From NCBI GenBank assembly GCA_034530875.2, contig JAVRCJ020000007.1:32001-96000 (forward strand): a stretch of DNA of 64,000 nucleotides, in the 5' to 3' direction. Both the position numbers and the translations under genes were made by a program. Under the pieces are notes generated by a model that saw only the letters and a list, made by a program, of their open reading frames with translations, ran no database searches and was not told the origin of the DNA. Within the stretch, counting starts at the first letter, position 1. Every line of letters starts with the position of its first letter. Shown piece by piece: positions 18,990 to 28,855 of this stretch. The DNA is from Nostoc sp. DedSLP01. Its GTDB lineage: Bacteria > Cyanobacteriota > Cyanobacteriia > Cyanobacteriales > Nostocaceae.

Positions 18990-20705
18990 TTACCACCCGT
19001 AATCTTCACGCATTTGTTCATAATCAAAAACTTCCGGCATCTCTTGCTCAAGTTGGCTGTCAATAGATACTGCCTCTACTGATTCCTCTGGCTCAACAGG
19101 TATAAGTTGTTTAGCTTTTTTGATCTCAGCCTGTTCTACTTTCTGACGCTCTTTTTTAGTTTTCTTTTGAGTTTGGAATGTTTCGCGTTCTCTAACTTCA
19201 GCCAAAATTGAGCGATTGCTCACAGCCTTACCCGCTTCTCTGACCTTACGACTAATAGCTTTTGCCTCATCTAGAGATAGTTCCTCTGTCTCCAAATCTT
19301 GAGCATACGCGCGGGCAAGAAACACCTCTTTATCCCCTTCTGTGCGGTAAACCAAAATCGTTGTGATATCTCTGGGGTCATATCGCAATACAACACTTTC
19401 CCCTGCGTAACCCGCTAAGAGTTCACCTCGATACATCAAGTTTTCAAATTGCAGATATCCCCCGCGTTGAATTTGTCGCCGTGTTTGCTTCATTAGGCAA
19501 ATATCCAAATCCCTCTCGGAAAGTAAATCAGGGGAAGCAATTAAACCAGATTCCCAGCGTTGAAATCTTGTCTGATCGCCCATTCGAGCGTCAGATCGCT
19601 GGTTATAATTATTAACGATGTAACGCACCAACAATTGCTCTAACTGCCGCAACGTTAAGCAAGCTTCTTTCTCTGCTTCCTCTGGTCGCTCTTGAACGTT
19701 TGAACCTGTGTATCCTTGTAAAGTTGAGAATAATTCTGTATTTAGAGTTTTAAACGGACGCTCAACAATACCACCTTCGGATGGGCGATCGCGCAAATGA
19801 CAAACAAACCCTAACTGCACTCCTATTTGCTGTAAATGGTTGGAACGAAAATCCTTACCCCCATCTGTATAAAAGTGTTGCGGCAAACCAGAAGTACCCC
19901 ATTCTTCGTGAAGTCCATATTCTGAACCATATTGCTTAGGCAAAATTGCATGACGTAGCGCCAAAGCTACAACCTGAGAACTTGGTGCATCGTAGCCCAA
20001 GTTAATCCCCATAATGCAGCGCGAATAACTATCAATAACCGTTGTTAACCAAGGACGACTAAGAATTTTGCCATGCTGGTCTACTAATAAAACATCAACA
20101 AGGGTGTGGTCGGATTGCCAAACTTGGTTACTATGTTCTATTTGTAAATCTTTTCCATCACGGGTTTTTACTGATAAGCGCGAACCACGCCAACCTGGAC
20201 TGCGAATACTTTTAGCTTGCTCAATTTTATCTATTAATGGTTGCAAAATTCGGTAAACCGTCATGTGGGAAAGAGGCTTAACTCCTAGTTCATCAGCTCT
20301 AGCCTTAGCTTTGATAAATACCTGCTGGCGAGTCATCCTTTTACTTCCCTTATTACCCTGCTTATAGGTATTCAAAATAAACTCTTGCCAGTTTTCATCA
20401 ACTCGATGCTTCCCTTTATCCATCCGTTGATTTTGTGCTAGTCCAGCCAAACCCTCCTGTTCCCATTTGTCTACTAGTCGTCGCACTGTACGTACTGACT
20501 TCCCAAGCTTTTCTGCTGCTTCCTTGAGCTTTTGAGTATATGTAGTGCGATCGCTATTGTCTAAAAGACTTTGAATCACCTCCATTTTCAGCAAGGCTTC
20601 ATCTGAAAGTTTAGAAACTATAACGTTTGCTTCAGCAAGATCGTTACTAACATCTGCGGAGCTTGCCCAAGTCGTAGAGGTTGTAGAAAATTCTGCATCT
20701 TGCAT
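18990..20705 (-). CDS. tnsB: TnsB DDE transposase
   Basis: WQSDHT / YTDGGKDF / GGIVERPF triad; N-terminal HTH; C-terminal EVFDYEQMREDYGW hook. First ATG at 20705. Confidence 0.96.
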   Translation of the reverse strand: MQDAEFSTTSTTWASSADVSNDLAEANVIVSKLSDEALLKMEVIQSLLDNSDRTTYTQKLKEAAEKLGKSVRTVRRLVDKWEQEGLAGLAQNQRMDKGKHRVDENWQEFILNTYKQGNKGSKRMTRQQVFIKAKARADELGVKPLSHMTVYRILQPLIDKIEQAKSIRSPGWRGSRLSVKTRDGKDLQIEHSNQVWQSDHTLVDVLLVDQHGKILSRPWLTTVIDSYSRCIMGINLGYDAPSSQVVALALRHAILPKQYGSEYGLHEEWGTSGLPQHFYTDGGKDFRSNHLQQIGVQLGFVCHLRDRPSEGGIVERPFKTLNTELFSTLQGYTGSNVQERPEEAEKEACLTLRQLEQLLVRYIVNNYNQRSDARMGDQTRFQRWESGLIASPDLLSERDLDICLMKQTRRQIQRGGYLQFENLMYRGELLAGYAGESVVLRYDPRDITTILVYRTEGDKEVFLARAYAQDLETEELSLDEAKAISRKVREAGKAVSNRSILAEVRERETFQTQKKTKKERQKVEQAEIKKAKQLIPVEPEESVEAVSIDSQLEQEMPEVFDYEQMREDYGW

Positions 20706-20746
20706 ACAGTGTTTTATCAAAACATAGTTGTATTATACTAATCTAC

Positions 20747-20982
20747 TGACAAATAATTTGTTAATTTATGCAAAACCACTATATTTCCAGGTTTCTAGGA
20801 AGTGACAATTAAAATGTGAAATTTATGCTATTTGACATCTAATTTGTTAAATCTGACTTGAAGGGGTATTACTGTCTTCAATAGCAAAACCCCTGATACA
20901 ATCCTTGCTATATCAGGGGTTTAGGTATTTTGAATATTGTGACAATATTTTGTTAAATTGACAAATAATTAGTTAATGTACA
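20747..20982. mobile_element. Transposon right end with five TnsB-binding repeats
   Basis: tgacaaataatttgttaa (20747), tgacaattaaaatgtgaa (20803), tgacatctaatttgttaa (20833), tgacaatattttgttaa (20940), tgacaaataattagttaa (20959), then tgtaca. Confidence 0.92.
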
Positions 20983-21500
20983 AAAGGAAAAGATTGCCGT
21001 TTTTTAAAGTAAAAGCTTGCCGAACCCATAGCCTGACTAGCTTTGCAGTAAATCTACACTCTCCAAAAATGTGAAAAGTGTACTAAAGCCTTACGCAGTA
21101 TAGGATGAACGCCGATTTGGTCACGAACCAAAAATGGCGATCGCAGTATGGCTAATCATCAAACTCTTATACAGAGGGCATTTTTCTCTATCTATTGTTT
21201 GGACTCACGGCAGACTTTGACTTAAATTCTCGGGACTGGTGGTAGTTTTATCGTTTAACCGTAGTCAACAACCACTTAGCACAAATCGTAACAATCAGGC
21301 TTTCATGCTTTGATGCGGCAAGCTTATCCTTTAATTTCCAGCAATCTTTTCCTTTAAGTCACATTGACGGCAAAATTATGGTTCCAGTAGCGGCAAAGTT
21401 ATGGGTAAAGTCACAAAATCTATTTGTGTAAAATCAAAGTGCAGCAGAGATTTTTCTATATGAAAGTGTGCGAGTCATCTAATCCAAGAGTTTCCCCACC

Positions 21501-22085
21501 ATGATCGCAGCCAAAGACAACGCCCCCCACCTCACCCCAGACGATTACTTTGCCTGGGAAGCAACCCAACTGGAAAAACACGAATACATCGACGGCAAAG
21601 TTTACGCCATGAGCGGTGGTAGCGTCAATCATGGTCGTATTGCCATCCGCTTCACCGCCATGTTCGACAGCCATTTAGAAAATACAGGTTGCATCACTGG
21701 AAATTCTGATATCAAAGTTAATATCTTGGGTACTAATAACTATACCTACCCAGATGCCAGCGTTACCTGCGACGATCGCGATAAAACCACCACCCAATAT
21801 ATTACCTACCCCTGCCTCATTGTCGAAGTCCTCTCCGCCAGCACCGAAGCCTACGACAGAGGCGGCAAATTCCGAATGTACCGCCAAAACTCAGCCTTAA
21901 TTGATTACCTACTAGTCAGTTCTACTAGCATCGAAGTTGATTTGTATCACAAAAACGACGCAGGCGACTGGTTGATTATCAACTACAAAGCAGGCGACAC
22001 CATCGAACTCAAAAGCATTAACCTCAATTTCCCTATTGAACAAGTCTATCGCGGTTTAACCCTTGAACCAGAGAATGGGGAATAG
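21501..22085 (+). CDS. Uma2 (DUF820) family endonuclease-like protein
   Basis: KHEYIDGKVYAMSGGS, YPDASVTCD, LIVEVLSAST...DRGGKF. Confidence 0.92.
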   Translation: MIAAKDNAPHLTPDDYFAWEATQLEKHEYIDGKVYAMSGGSVNHGRIAIRFTAMFDSHLENTGCITGNSDIKVNILGTNNYTYPDASVTCDDRDKTTTQYITYPCLIVEVLSASTEAYDRGGKFRMYRQNSALIDYLLVSSTSIEVDLYHKNDAGDWLIINYKAGDTIELKSINLNFPIEQVYRGLTLEPENGE

Positions 22086-22385
22086 AATCAAAAATATTGG
22101 AGAATAAATAATTGATAAAATCAATGCCCACTCAACTGCAATTCCTAACCAAATTAAACGGTTTGTAAAAAAGCCCAACCGGAAAATTGAAACTCTTTCG
22201 GAACGACAAGCAAAGACGTTACCATCCTGACAAGCAACAATTACAGCCAATGTCACAGTTGTCGCTTGATAGTAAATTGCCATCGCGTTCTGCTTCTGTT
22301 AGTTCCTGCTGTTGTCCGTTATGCAAAATAAACCGAGAATGTTGCACCATATCCAATGGCGCTTTTCTCACCGTCGAACTCACGT
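22086..22385 (-). pseudogene. Internally deleted remnant of a cation-transporting P-type ATPase
   Basis: An N-domain-like piece (VRKAPLDMVQHSRFILHNGQQQELTEAERD) is joined out of frame to a C-terminal TM piece (QATTVTLAVIVACQDGNVFACRSERVSIFRLGFFTNRLIWLGIAVE). Confidence 0.75.
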
Positions 22386-22512
22386 TAAGTGAGGTACAAC
22401 CAGGAGTGAATTCATCAAACATAAAGAGTTTCGTTCTAACTCCTTCCTTCTGCCTCCTGCCTCCTGCCTTCGTTAAAAATGGTTTCTGAGAAGTAGTTAC
22501 CTCAAGAATGAT

Positions 22513-25197
22513 TTAATTTTGGATATAAATATAACTACATTCTGAAGCTGGTGTAGCTAAAACTTCTGAAATTGTTTGAAATAGTCTGTCTGTTTCTACA
22601 GGCTTAACTAAATACATTTGGAAGCCGGCAGCTAAGGCTTGTTTTTGGTTAATTTCTCCAGCATAAGCTGTAAGTGCGATCGCGGGAATTTTACCTCCTT
22701 TTTCTAACGGCATAGCTCGAATTAATCGCATCAACATATAACCATCTATTCCGGGCATCGCAATATCGCTCAATATTAAATCTACTTTAGTTTTTGCTAA
22801 GGTTTCTAAAGCTTCAATTGCTGATACCACTGCCGTCACTTTTGCTCCAGATTGTGCCAATATATAAGTGAGAAATTCACCCGTATCGGCATCATCATCT
22901 ACTACTAATATATGCAACCCTGGCAAACTTAAAGTATTATTGGATGGTTGAATTTTTGGTATTATTGGGGTTGGATCGGGCATTAATGGTAATCTAACTG
23001 TAAATGTTGCCCCCATGCCTTCTCCTGCACTTTCTGCTTTCACAGTACCACCATGTAACTCTGTTAGATGCTTAACAATAGCTAAGCCTAAACCTAAGCC
23101 TCCAAATTCTCTGGTACTTGTGGCATCTGCTTGACGAAAATAATCAAATACGAATGGGAGAAATTCTGGAATAATACCTTTACCATTATCTTGGACTTGA
23201 ACTTCTGCGTAGTTATTAACTTGTTGTAATCTGATTTTTATCTTTCCGGCTGCGGGAGTGAATTTAACAGCATTAGAAAGCAGGTTCCAAATGATTTGTT
23301 GTAGACGACCTGCATCGCCTGCAACCATACAAATGTCATAGTCTAGTACAGTTTCTAGACTAATGTTTTTGGCTTCAATTGCTAGTCCGATTGTTTCTTT
23401 TGCTTCTTCAATAGTGTTAGCTAAATTCACAGGCTGGATATTTAAAGTAATTTTTCCCCTTTGGATACGGGAGACATCCAATAAGTCCTCAATTAGTTGA
23501 ATTTGTAATTTAGCATTGCGCTCAATAGTTTCTATTCCTCGTATTTTTGTAGCTTGTTCCAAGCTATCCTTTTTCAGCAGCGTTGCCCAACCCAAAATCG
23601 GGTTAAGGGGATTACGCAATTCATGGGAAAGAATAGCTAAAAATTCATCTTTTAACCGATTGGCTTTTTCTGCTTCACTTCTAGCAATTTGTTCGCGTCT
23701 GAGCAAATATTCGCGTTCTTGCTCTACATGTTTGCGTTTTGTAATATCTCTAAAAAATATCCCCAGGCCATCTTCAGCAGGGTAGGCGTGAATTTCTAAC
23801 CACATATCCCACGGTACGTATAATGCCTGAAAATGAACGGGGATATTTTCTAAAAGCGATCGCTCGTATTCTCGCTCAAATTCTGAATCCCTAGCCCCAG
23901 CCCACTGTTCCCAGTAATTTGTACCAATCAAGTCTGCTGGTGTTGAATTCAGAATTTTTGCCGCTTGGTGATTAGCATAAGTAATCTCCCAATCTCGATT
24001 CACAACAATAAAAGCATCAGTCATACTCGACAAAATATTACTCAAACGACTGTGGAGAGATTGTTCGCGCTTGAGTAATTCATCTTTTTCTCGGTGGGAT
24101 TCTTCTAAGGAAATATTAGTTTGTGCCAGCGATTCATTAAGTTTGATGAGTTGTTCTGATAATTCAGCACGGACTTGATATTCACCGAGTCTGACTCTTT
24201 CTACTGCCAACTCTACTTGAATTTGCGATCGCTCTGTAATCGCAATGCCTACAAATAAGCTAACAATACACTGCACCAATAAACTCAACTTGTGGACGTG
24301 CAATACTTGTGCCTCTACGGGAAATGTAGGCAAAGATATAGCGTTGGGATACGCCACTAGATAAGAAAACAATGTCACTAGTACGCAAAAACTAGAAACG
24401 AACGTCCCAGCGATGACACCAAAGCGAGTTGCAGCCCAAATTACAGGTACAAAACTCAAAAAAGATAATTGCTGAAATCTAAAGCCATTGCGATCGCTTT
24501 CCGCAACAGTAATAGTTGCTATTACTACACAAAGCAGGATTATAGTGCTGAATTCTACTATAAAACGACGGGAAAGTGGAAAATTGAGCGACACAAATGA
24601 AGAGTTTAATGGTTCGGGATTTAATAACCAACCCCGAGATTGGAGATAAGGAGTGATGACAAATAAGGCAGTGGGAGCAATAGCCATAATTCCCATCGCA
24701 TTGCCTAACCACCAATGGGAAATACTATTACCTAAGCTGCTAATGGGAATTTTACCCATTGCGGCAAAAGTTAAGTTACCAGCGATCGCTAAGCTAGCAC
24801 TGGCAATTATAGGTACAGCCACAGTAAAAAGTGTAGCGTCTTTGAGGGTATTGATTGTTCGAGAACCTCTCCACAAACGACGATAAAGCACCCAAGCAAT
24901 AAGAGGTTCGATCGTATCCGTAAATGCACCTAATCGCTCCCAACCATGAAAACCCCAAGCCGGAGCCATCAAAAAAGATGCTAGCCCAGTGAGAACGATC
25001 CCACGAGGCCCAAACCAGAAAGTTAAGGCGATGGCTACCCCTGATGGCGGGAACCACAGCGAGACTTGAGGCTGAATCCGGTAAATCAATGCCATCCCAT
25101 GAGCAGCGATTAAGGCAAGTAAGCCCAACAGTGAAATCATCAGCCATTGATGTATGGGATTAATTTTCCTGGAGTTTTTCATAGGCTGCATAATCAA
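22513..25197 (-). CDS. MASE1-PAS hybrid histidine kinase with receiver
   Basis: Multi-TM N-terminus (LWFPPSG, WWLGNAMG), PAS domain, FLAILSHELRNPL, NLLSNAVKFT, GGLGLGL and a REC domain. Confidence 0.93.
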   Translation of the reverse strand: MIMQPMKNSRKINPIHQWLMISLLGLLALIAAHGMALIYRIQPQVSLWFPPSGVAIALTFWFGPRGIVLTGLASFLMAPAWGFHGWERLGAFTDTIEPLIAWVLYRRLWRGSRTINTLKDATLFTVAVPIIASASLAIAGNLTFAAMGKIPISSLGNSISHWWLGNAMGIMAIAPTALFVITPYLQSRGWLLNPEPLNSSFVSLNFPLSRRFIVEFSTIILLCVVIATITVAESDRNGFRFQQLSFLSFVPVIWAATRFGVIAGTFVSSFCVLVTLFSYLVAYPNAISLPTFPVEAQVLHVHKLSLLVQCIVSLFVGIAITERSQIQVELAVERVRLGEYQVRAELSEQLIKLNESLAQTNISLEESHREKDELLKREQSLHSRLSNILSSMTDAFIVVNRDWEITYANHQAAKILNSTPADLIGTNYWEQWAGARDSEFEREYERSLLENIPVHFQALYVPWDMWLEIHAYPAEDGLGIFFRDITKRKHVEQEREYLLRREQIARSEAEKANRLKDEFLAILSHELRNPLNPILGWATLLKKDSLEQATKIRGIETIERNAKLQIQLIEDLLDVSRIQRGKITLNIQPVNLANTIEEAKETIGLAIEAKNISLETVLDYDICMVAGDAGRLQQIIWNLLSNAVKFTPAAGKIKIRLQQVNNYAEVQVQDNGKGIIPEFLPFVFDYFRQADATSTREFGGLGLGLAIVKHLTELHGGTVKAESAGEGMGATFTVRLPLMPDPTPIIPKIQPSNNTLSLPGLHILVVDDDADTGEFLTYILAQSGAKVTAVVSAIEALETLAKTKVDLILSDIAMPGIDGYMLMRLIRAMPLEKGGKIPAIALTAYAGEINQKQALAAGFQMYLVKPVETDRLFQTISEVLATPASECSYIYIQN

Positions 25198-25634
25198 GGT
25201 GTGCTTTGTGCTTGAGCTGAGGTAATTACAAATTTACCAATAGTTTCAATCTGTGATTGATTGGGAAGTAATTTTTCCTTCGCGTAGTTGAGTCCCAATT
25301 ACTGGACAATAGTTATTGTCATCTAATTTTTACCGTTCGCGATTAGTTATCACCTTTCTTTAAATTCTTTCTTCCGGGAATTTCAGATTTGGCGCTACAT
25401 ACCGCTGTCTTTTTGAAGCATAAAGGATATAAATTGTTAACTCCGAGCTGCTTCAATATTGACAATCTGTTAGTTGACGCTAACCTATACCACAATTTGT
25501 AATGTTACCAGTCATTTGTATGGCGATCGCTAAGAGGATGTTTGAAAAGTCCTCTTGGTGGTATCAAAAGTTTTAGATGCCTCTAAATCTTCCTTTTGAA
25601 GGGAGACTTTGATTCCGTTTCCCTCCTTTTTAAG

Positions 25635-25802
25635 GCTACGGTGTACACACATCTGTGTAGAAAATCAAAATCCTCGTAGATCCGTCATTATCCTCCTTAA
25701 AAAAAAGGACTTTGAGAAGTTTTTGCCCCCCAATTTATCGGGGGGTTGGGGGGATCGAAAGTCTGCGAGGTAACTTTAGAAGACTTGTGTGTACACCGTA
25801 GC
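25635..25802. mobile_element. 168-bp MITE with 17-bp terminal inverted repeats
   Basis: gctacggtgtacacaca / tgtgtgtacaccgtagc, flanked on both sides by tttttaag (25627-25634 and 25803-25810). Confidence 0.85.
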
Positions 25803-26144
25803 TTTTTAAGGGGAGTTAGGGGGGATCTAATTTTCTTGTGGGTGGACGTCTCGCCGACTCATAAGTAAGGGCAGACAAGATGTCCGCCCTACTAGTAGTA
25901 TTAATTTATTTCTTGGTAATCTCTACCATTAATTACGAATTACCAATTAGTAATTATCGAAACAATTGGATCTAAAACCGGACTTCATCCCGCTACGGAA
26001 AGCGGAGCGTCTCATTAACGTAGCCTCTCGTAGAGAAGAGAAGACAGCCTTTTAAGGGGAAAAGTTTTTGGAATGGTTATAAATCCTCGTTACAAAAACG
26101 GCTTCCAGCAAGAACTGCCCCTGCCTCCTGCCTTCGTTAATCAG

Positions 26145-26849
26145 TTATTTAACTTCTTCATACCATATACCAACGGTTTCAAAAGCAGCATAAGCAAGCT
26201 TGAGAAAATTCACCACTCTCTGTTTGCTAACGATCCCAAATTCTTTATACTGCCTTGCCTCGGCAAATGTTAATCTATGCTGGTCTATAATATTCCTTTC
26301 TTTATACGTTAGTTTAGGAAAATCTATAGCCTTAATATTATATTTTTTTACTATCTCTTGTATTGTGGCATCAGAATTTACATGTTCCCAGTCATCGCAT
26401 AAGCCTAAATTTCTAACTAATACATGAGGAATTTTGCCATCATAATTATTTACAGATTGCTTAAATAAATTTAGGCTGTCATACCCTCCTGTCGAGACAA
26501 ACCACTTACAAAAATCTACCCCTTGCGACTCTCCCAGTTCAATTAAATGGTTCTTCTCAATCCATTCTTTGACTGCTCTATGAGATTGTGCCGCTAAATT
26601 AGCAATCACTGTTTTATTCATTGCGATCTCAAAGATTCTATCCGCCTTATCAGCTTGCCTCTCATCTTCCGTAAATACTGCATACTGACATATTCCTTTG
26701 TACACTCCAGCTACATCCGGGTTTGACCTATCCGTTTCTACTGGTACAAACGGCATATTCTTATCTAGGCAATACTGAATCATGGTTCTAGCGACCAGAG
26801 ATTTGCCTACCCCTCCCTTTTCCCCATCTATCAAATGAATTGTTGGCAT
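26145..26849 (-). CDS. ParA/MinD-like P-loop protein (MobD-like, plasmid type)
   Basis: Deviant Walker A DGEKGGVGKS; ETDRSNPDV. Confidence 0.75.
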   Translation of the reverse strand: MPTIHLIDGEKGGVGKSLVARTMIQYCLDKNMPFVPVETDRSNPDVAGVYKGICQYAVFTEDERQADKADRIFEIAMNKTVIANLAAQSHRAVKEWIEKNHLIELGESQGVDFCKWFVSTGGYDSLNLFKQSVNNYDGKIPHVLVRNLGLCDDWEHVNSDATIQEIVKKYNIKAIDFPKLTYKERNIIDQHRLTFAEARQYKEFGIVSKQRVVNFLKLAYAAFETVGIWYEEVK

Positions 26850-27317
26850 AGCTTGACTCCTGTATATTTACGGTATCTGTAAAATTTAGAAACTAAAGGC
26901 TGGTTTTGTTAGTGGATCGCGCAGGCATACTAGCCAGAAACGCTACACACCAAACGCCGATCCAACCAAACTGAACATCCGTATTATAGGAGAGCGAAAC
27001 GGAATTCATACTCTAAATCTAGAAACCTCGATCGAACAAGCCATTATACTCTTTCCCATTCAGATTGATACAGATGGCAAGTAGGGGAAGCTAGGGTTCC
27101 AAGCGCAACCTTGATAATATAACAGAAGGCAGAAGGTAAAACTAAATATCTAAGTAAATCAACTTAATTAAACATAAAACAATAGTAGGGTGCGTTGCGC
27201 TTTGCGGCAACGCACCTCAATTGATATAGTAGAATCTATCGAGATGCCGTACCCTCAGCCGTAACACACCCTACATTTATTTACATCGACATCTTACGTT
27301 TTTTTAGGTTGAGCTAC

Positions 27318-28853
27318 TTACCAAGAATGAATTTTATTTGAAATAGAACAGACTAGTTCAGGCGATCGCGCTTGTAGAGGAATAGTAAGAGTAAACTCTG
27401 CCCCTTGTCCGGGTGTGGAAATACATTGCATATTACCGCCATGTTTGGCAACAATTTGATAGCTAATACTTAATCCTAAACCCGTTCCTTTACCTACAGG
27501 CTTTGTCGTAAAAAATGGGTCGAAAAGATGTTTCAACACATCTTCAGTCATTCCCGGGCCGTTATCTGCAATTTGAATCGCAACATATTGATTGTTAATG
27601 ACTGTAGTCCGAATCCAAATTTGACTTTGCCAAGATTGAGAATTTTGCAGATACTTTTCTTGTTGATACTCTTCTAAAGCATCAATTGCATTAGCAAGCA
27701 AATTCATAAATACTTGATTGAGTTGCCCAGCATAACAATCGACCAAGGGCAAATCTCCATATTGTTTAATTACTTGAATGCTGGGATAATTTGTACTAGC
27801 TTTGAGACGATTTTGCAAAATCAAAAGCGTACTATCTAAGCCATCATGAATATCAACTGGTTTCATTTCCGCTTCATCAAGCCGAGAAAAATTCCGTAGT
27901 GATTGAATAATTTCACGGATACGTTCTGCGCCAACTTTCATAGAAGCTAACATATTCGGCAGGTCTTTAATGAGAAAAGGTAAATCCATTGCCTCTGCTT
28001 GCTCTGCAATTTCTAGAGATGGCTCAGTAGTATTTTTTTCATACAAATGTAAAAGTTCGAGTAAATCTTGAATATATTGACTGGCATGAATTAAGTTGCC
28101 ATAAATAAAGTTAACAGGATTATTAATTTCGTGAGCCACTCCTGCTACTAAATATCCCAAACTAGACATTTTTTCACTTTGAACTAACTGGCTTTGAGTG
28201 TCTTGCAATTGGCGAAATGCAATTTCTAACTGAGTGGCTTGTTCTCGATAACGAGTTTCTGATTGCTGCAAAGCTTGTGTTGTTAAAATGCGCTCTTGAA
28301 TTTCTTGGTGGAGTTGTTGATTTATTGTTTGCAGTTGGGATGTTCTAGCTTCTACGCGTTTTTCTAATTCGCTAGTTAATTGCAAAAGTTCTTGTTCTGC
28401 TTTAACTCGCTCTTGAATTTCCTGTTCTAAACACAGAGAACGATCTTGCACTTTTTTGGTTAAACTTCGCAAGCTTAGATGAATTTTGACTCGAGCTAAA
28501 ACTTCCTCATGCTGCAATGGTTTAGTAATATAATCTACAGCCCCAAGGCTCAATCCCTTAACTTTATCAACTGTTTCAGAAAGTGCAGTCATGAAAATTA
28601 TCGGAATATCTTTTGTACTTTCTTTTGCTTTTAAATGGCGGCAAGTTTCAAAGCCATCTATACCTGGCATGAGTACATCTAGCAAAATTAAATCGGGTAG
28701 AGCATATTCTAATTGCTCTATTGCATCTTCGCCATCTTGAGCAACTAAAACTTCAAAGCCTGCATTTGCTAACAAATCAAATAATATCCCTAAATTTGTT
28801 GGCGTATCATCAACAATTAAAATAACGTTGTTTTCAGTATTTGCAAAATTCAT
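27318..28853 (-). CDS. Receiver-histidine kinase hybrid
   Basis: ILIVDD...LLDVLMP...KP receiver, coiled coil, [17 protein letters not shown]. Confidence 0.94.
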   Translation of the reverse strand: MNFANTENNVILIVDDTPTNLGILFDLLANAGFEVLVAQDGEDAIEQLEYALPDLILLDVLMPGIDGFETCRHLKAKESTKDIPIIFMTALSETVDKVKGLSLGAVDYITKPLQHEEVLARVKIHLSLRSLTKKVQDRSLCLEQEIQERVKAEQELLQLTSELEKRVEARTSQLQTINQQLHQEIQERILTTQALQQSETRYREQATQLEIAFRQLQDTQSQLVQSEKMSSLGYLVAGVAHEINNPVNFIYGNLIHASQYIQDLLELLHLYEKNTTEPSLEIAEQAEAMDLPFLIKDLPNMLASMKVGAERIREIIQSLRNFSRLDEAEMKPVDIHDGLDSTLLILQNRLKASTNYPSIQVIKQYGDLPLVDCYAGQLNQVFMNLLANAIDALEEYQQEKYLQNSQSWQSQIWIRTTVINNQYVAIQIADNGPGMTEDVLKHLFDPFFTTKPVGKGTGLGLSISYQIVAKHGGNMQCISTPGQGAEFTLTIPLQARSPELVCSISNKIHSW

Positions 28854-28855
28854 GA

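Larger units (their letters stand above)
1..20982 (-). mobile_element. Tn7-like transposon of the type V-K CAST family, right portion (left end outside the window)
   Basis: tnsB-tnsC-short tniQ with no tnsA, next to a right end with repeated TGACA-N8/9-TTAA-like sites and terminal TGTACA (20977-20982), matching the ShCAST layout. That the cargo extends to base 1 is inferred: no left end was seen, and there is a tniQ remnant at 1742-1909. Confidence 0.88.

Noticed and set aside
1..20982. cas12k, tracrRNA, CRISPR array or anchoring tRNA
   Set aside because: No Cas12k-like ORF, repeat-spacer array or tRNA cloverleaf was recognised in the window.
21190..21430. Possible gene remnant outside the right end
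   Set aside because: Short open stretches, but no recognisable motif.
22187..22489. 100-aa plus-strand ORF
   Set aside because: Antisense to the ATPase remnant and ends in heptamer repeat sequence.
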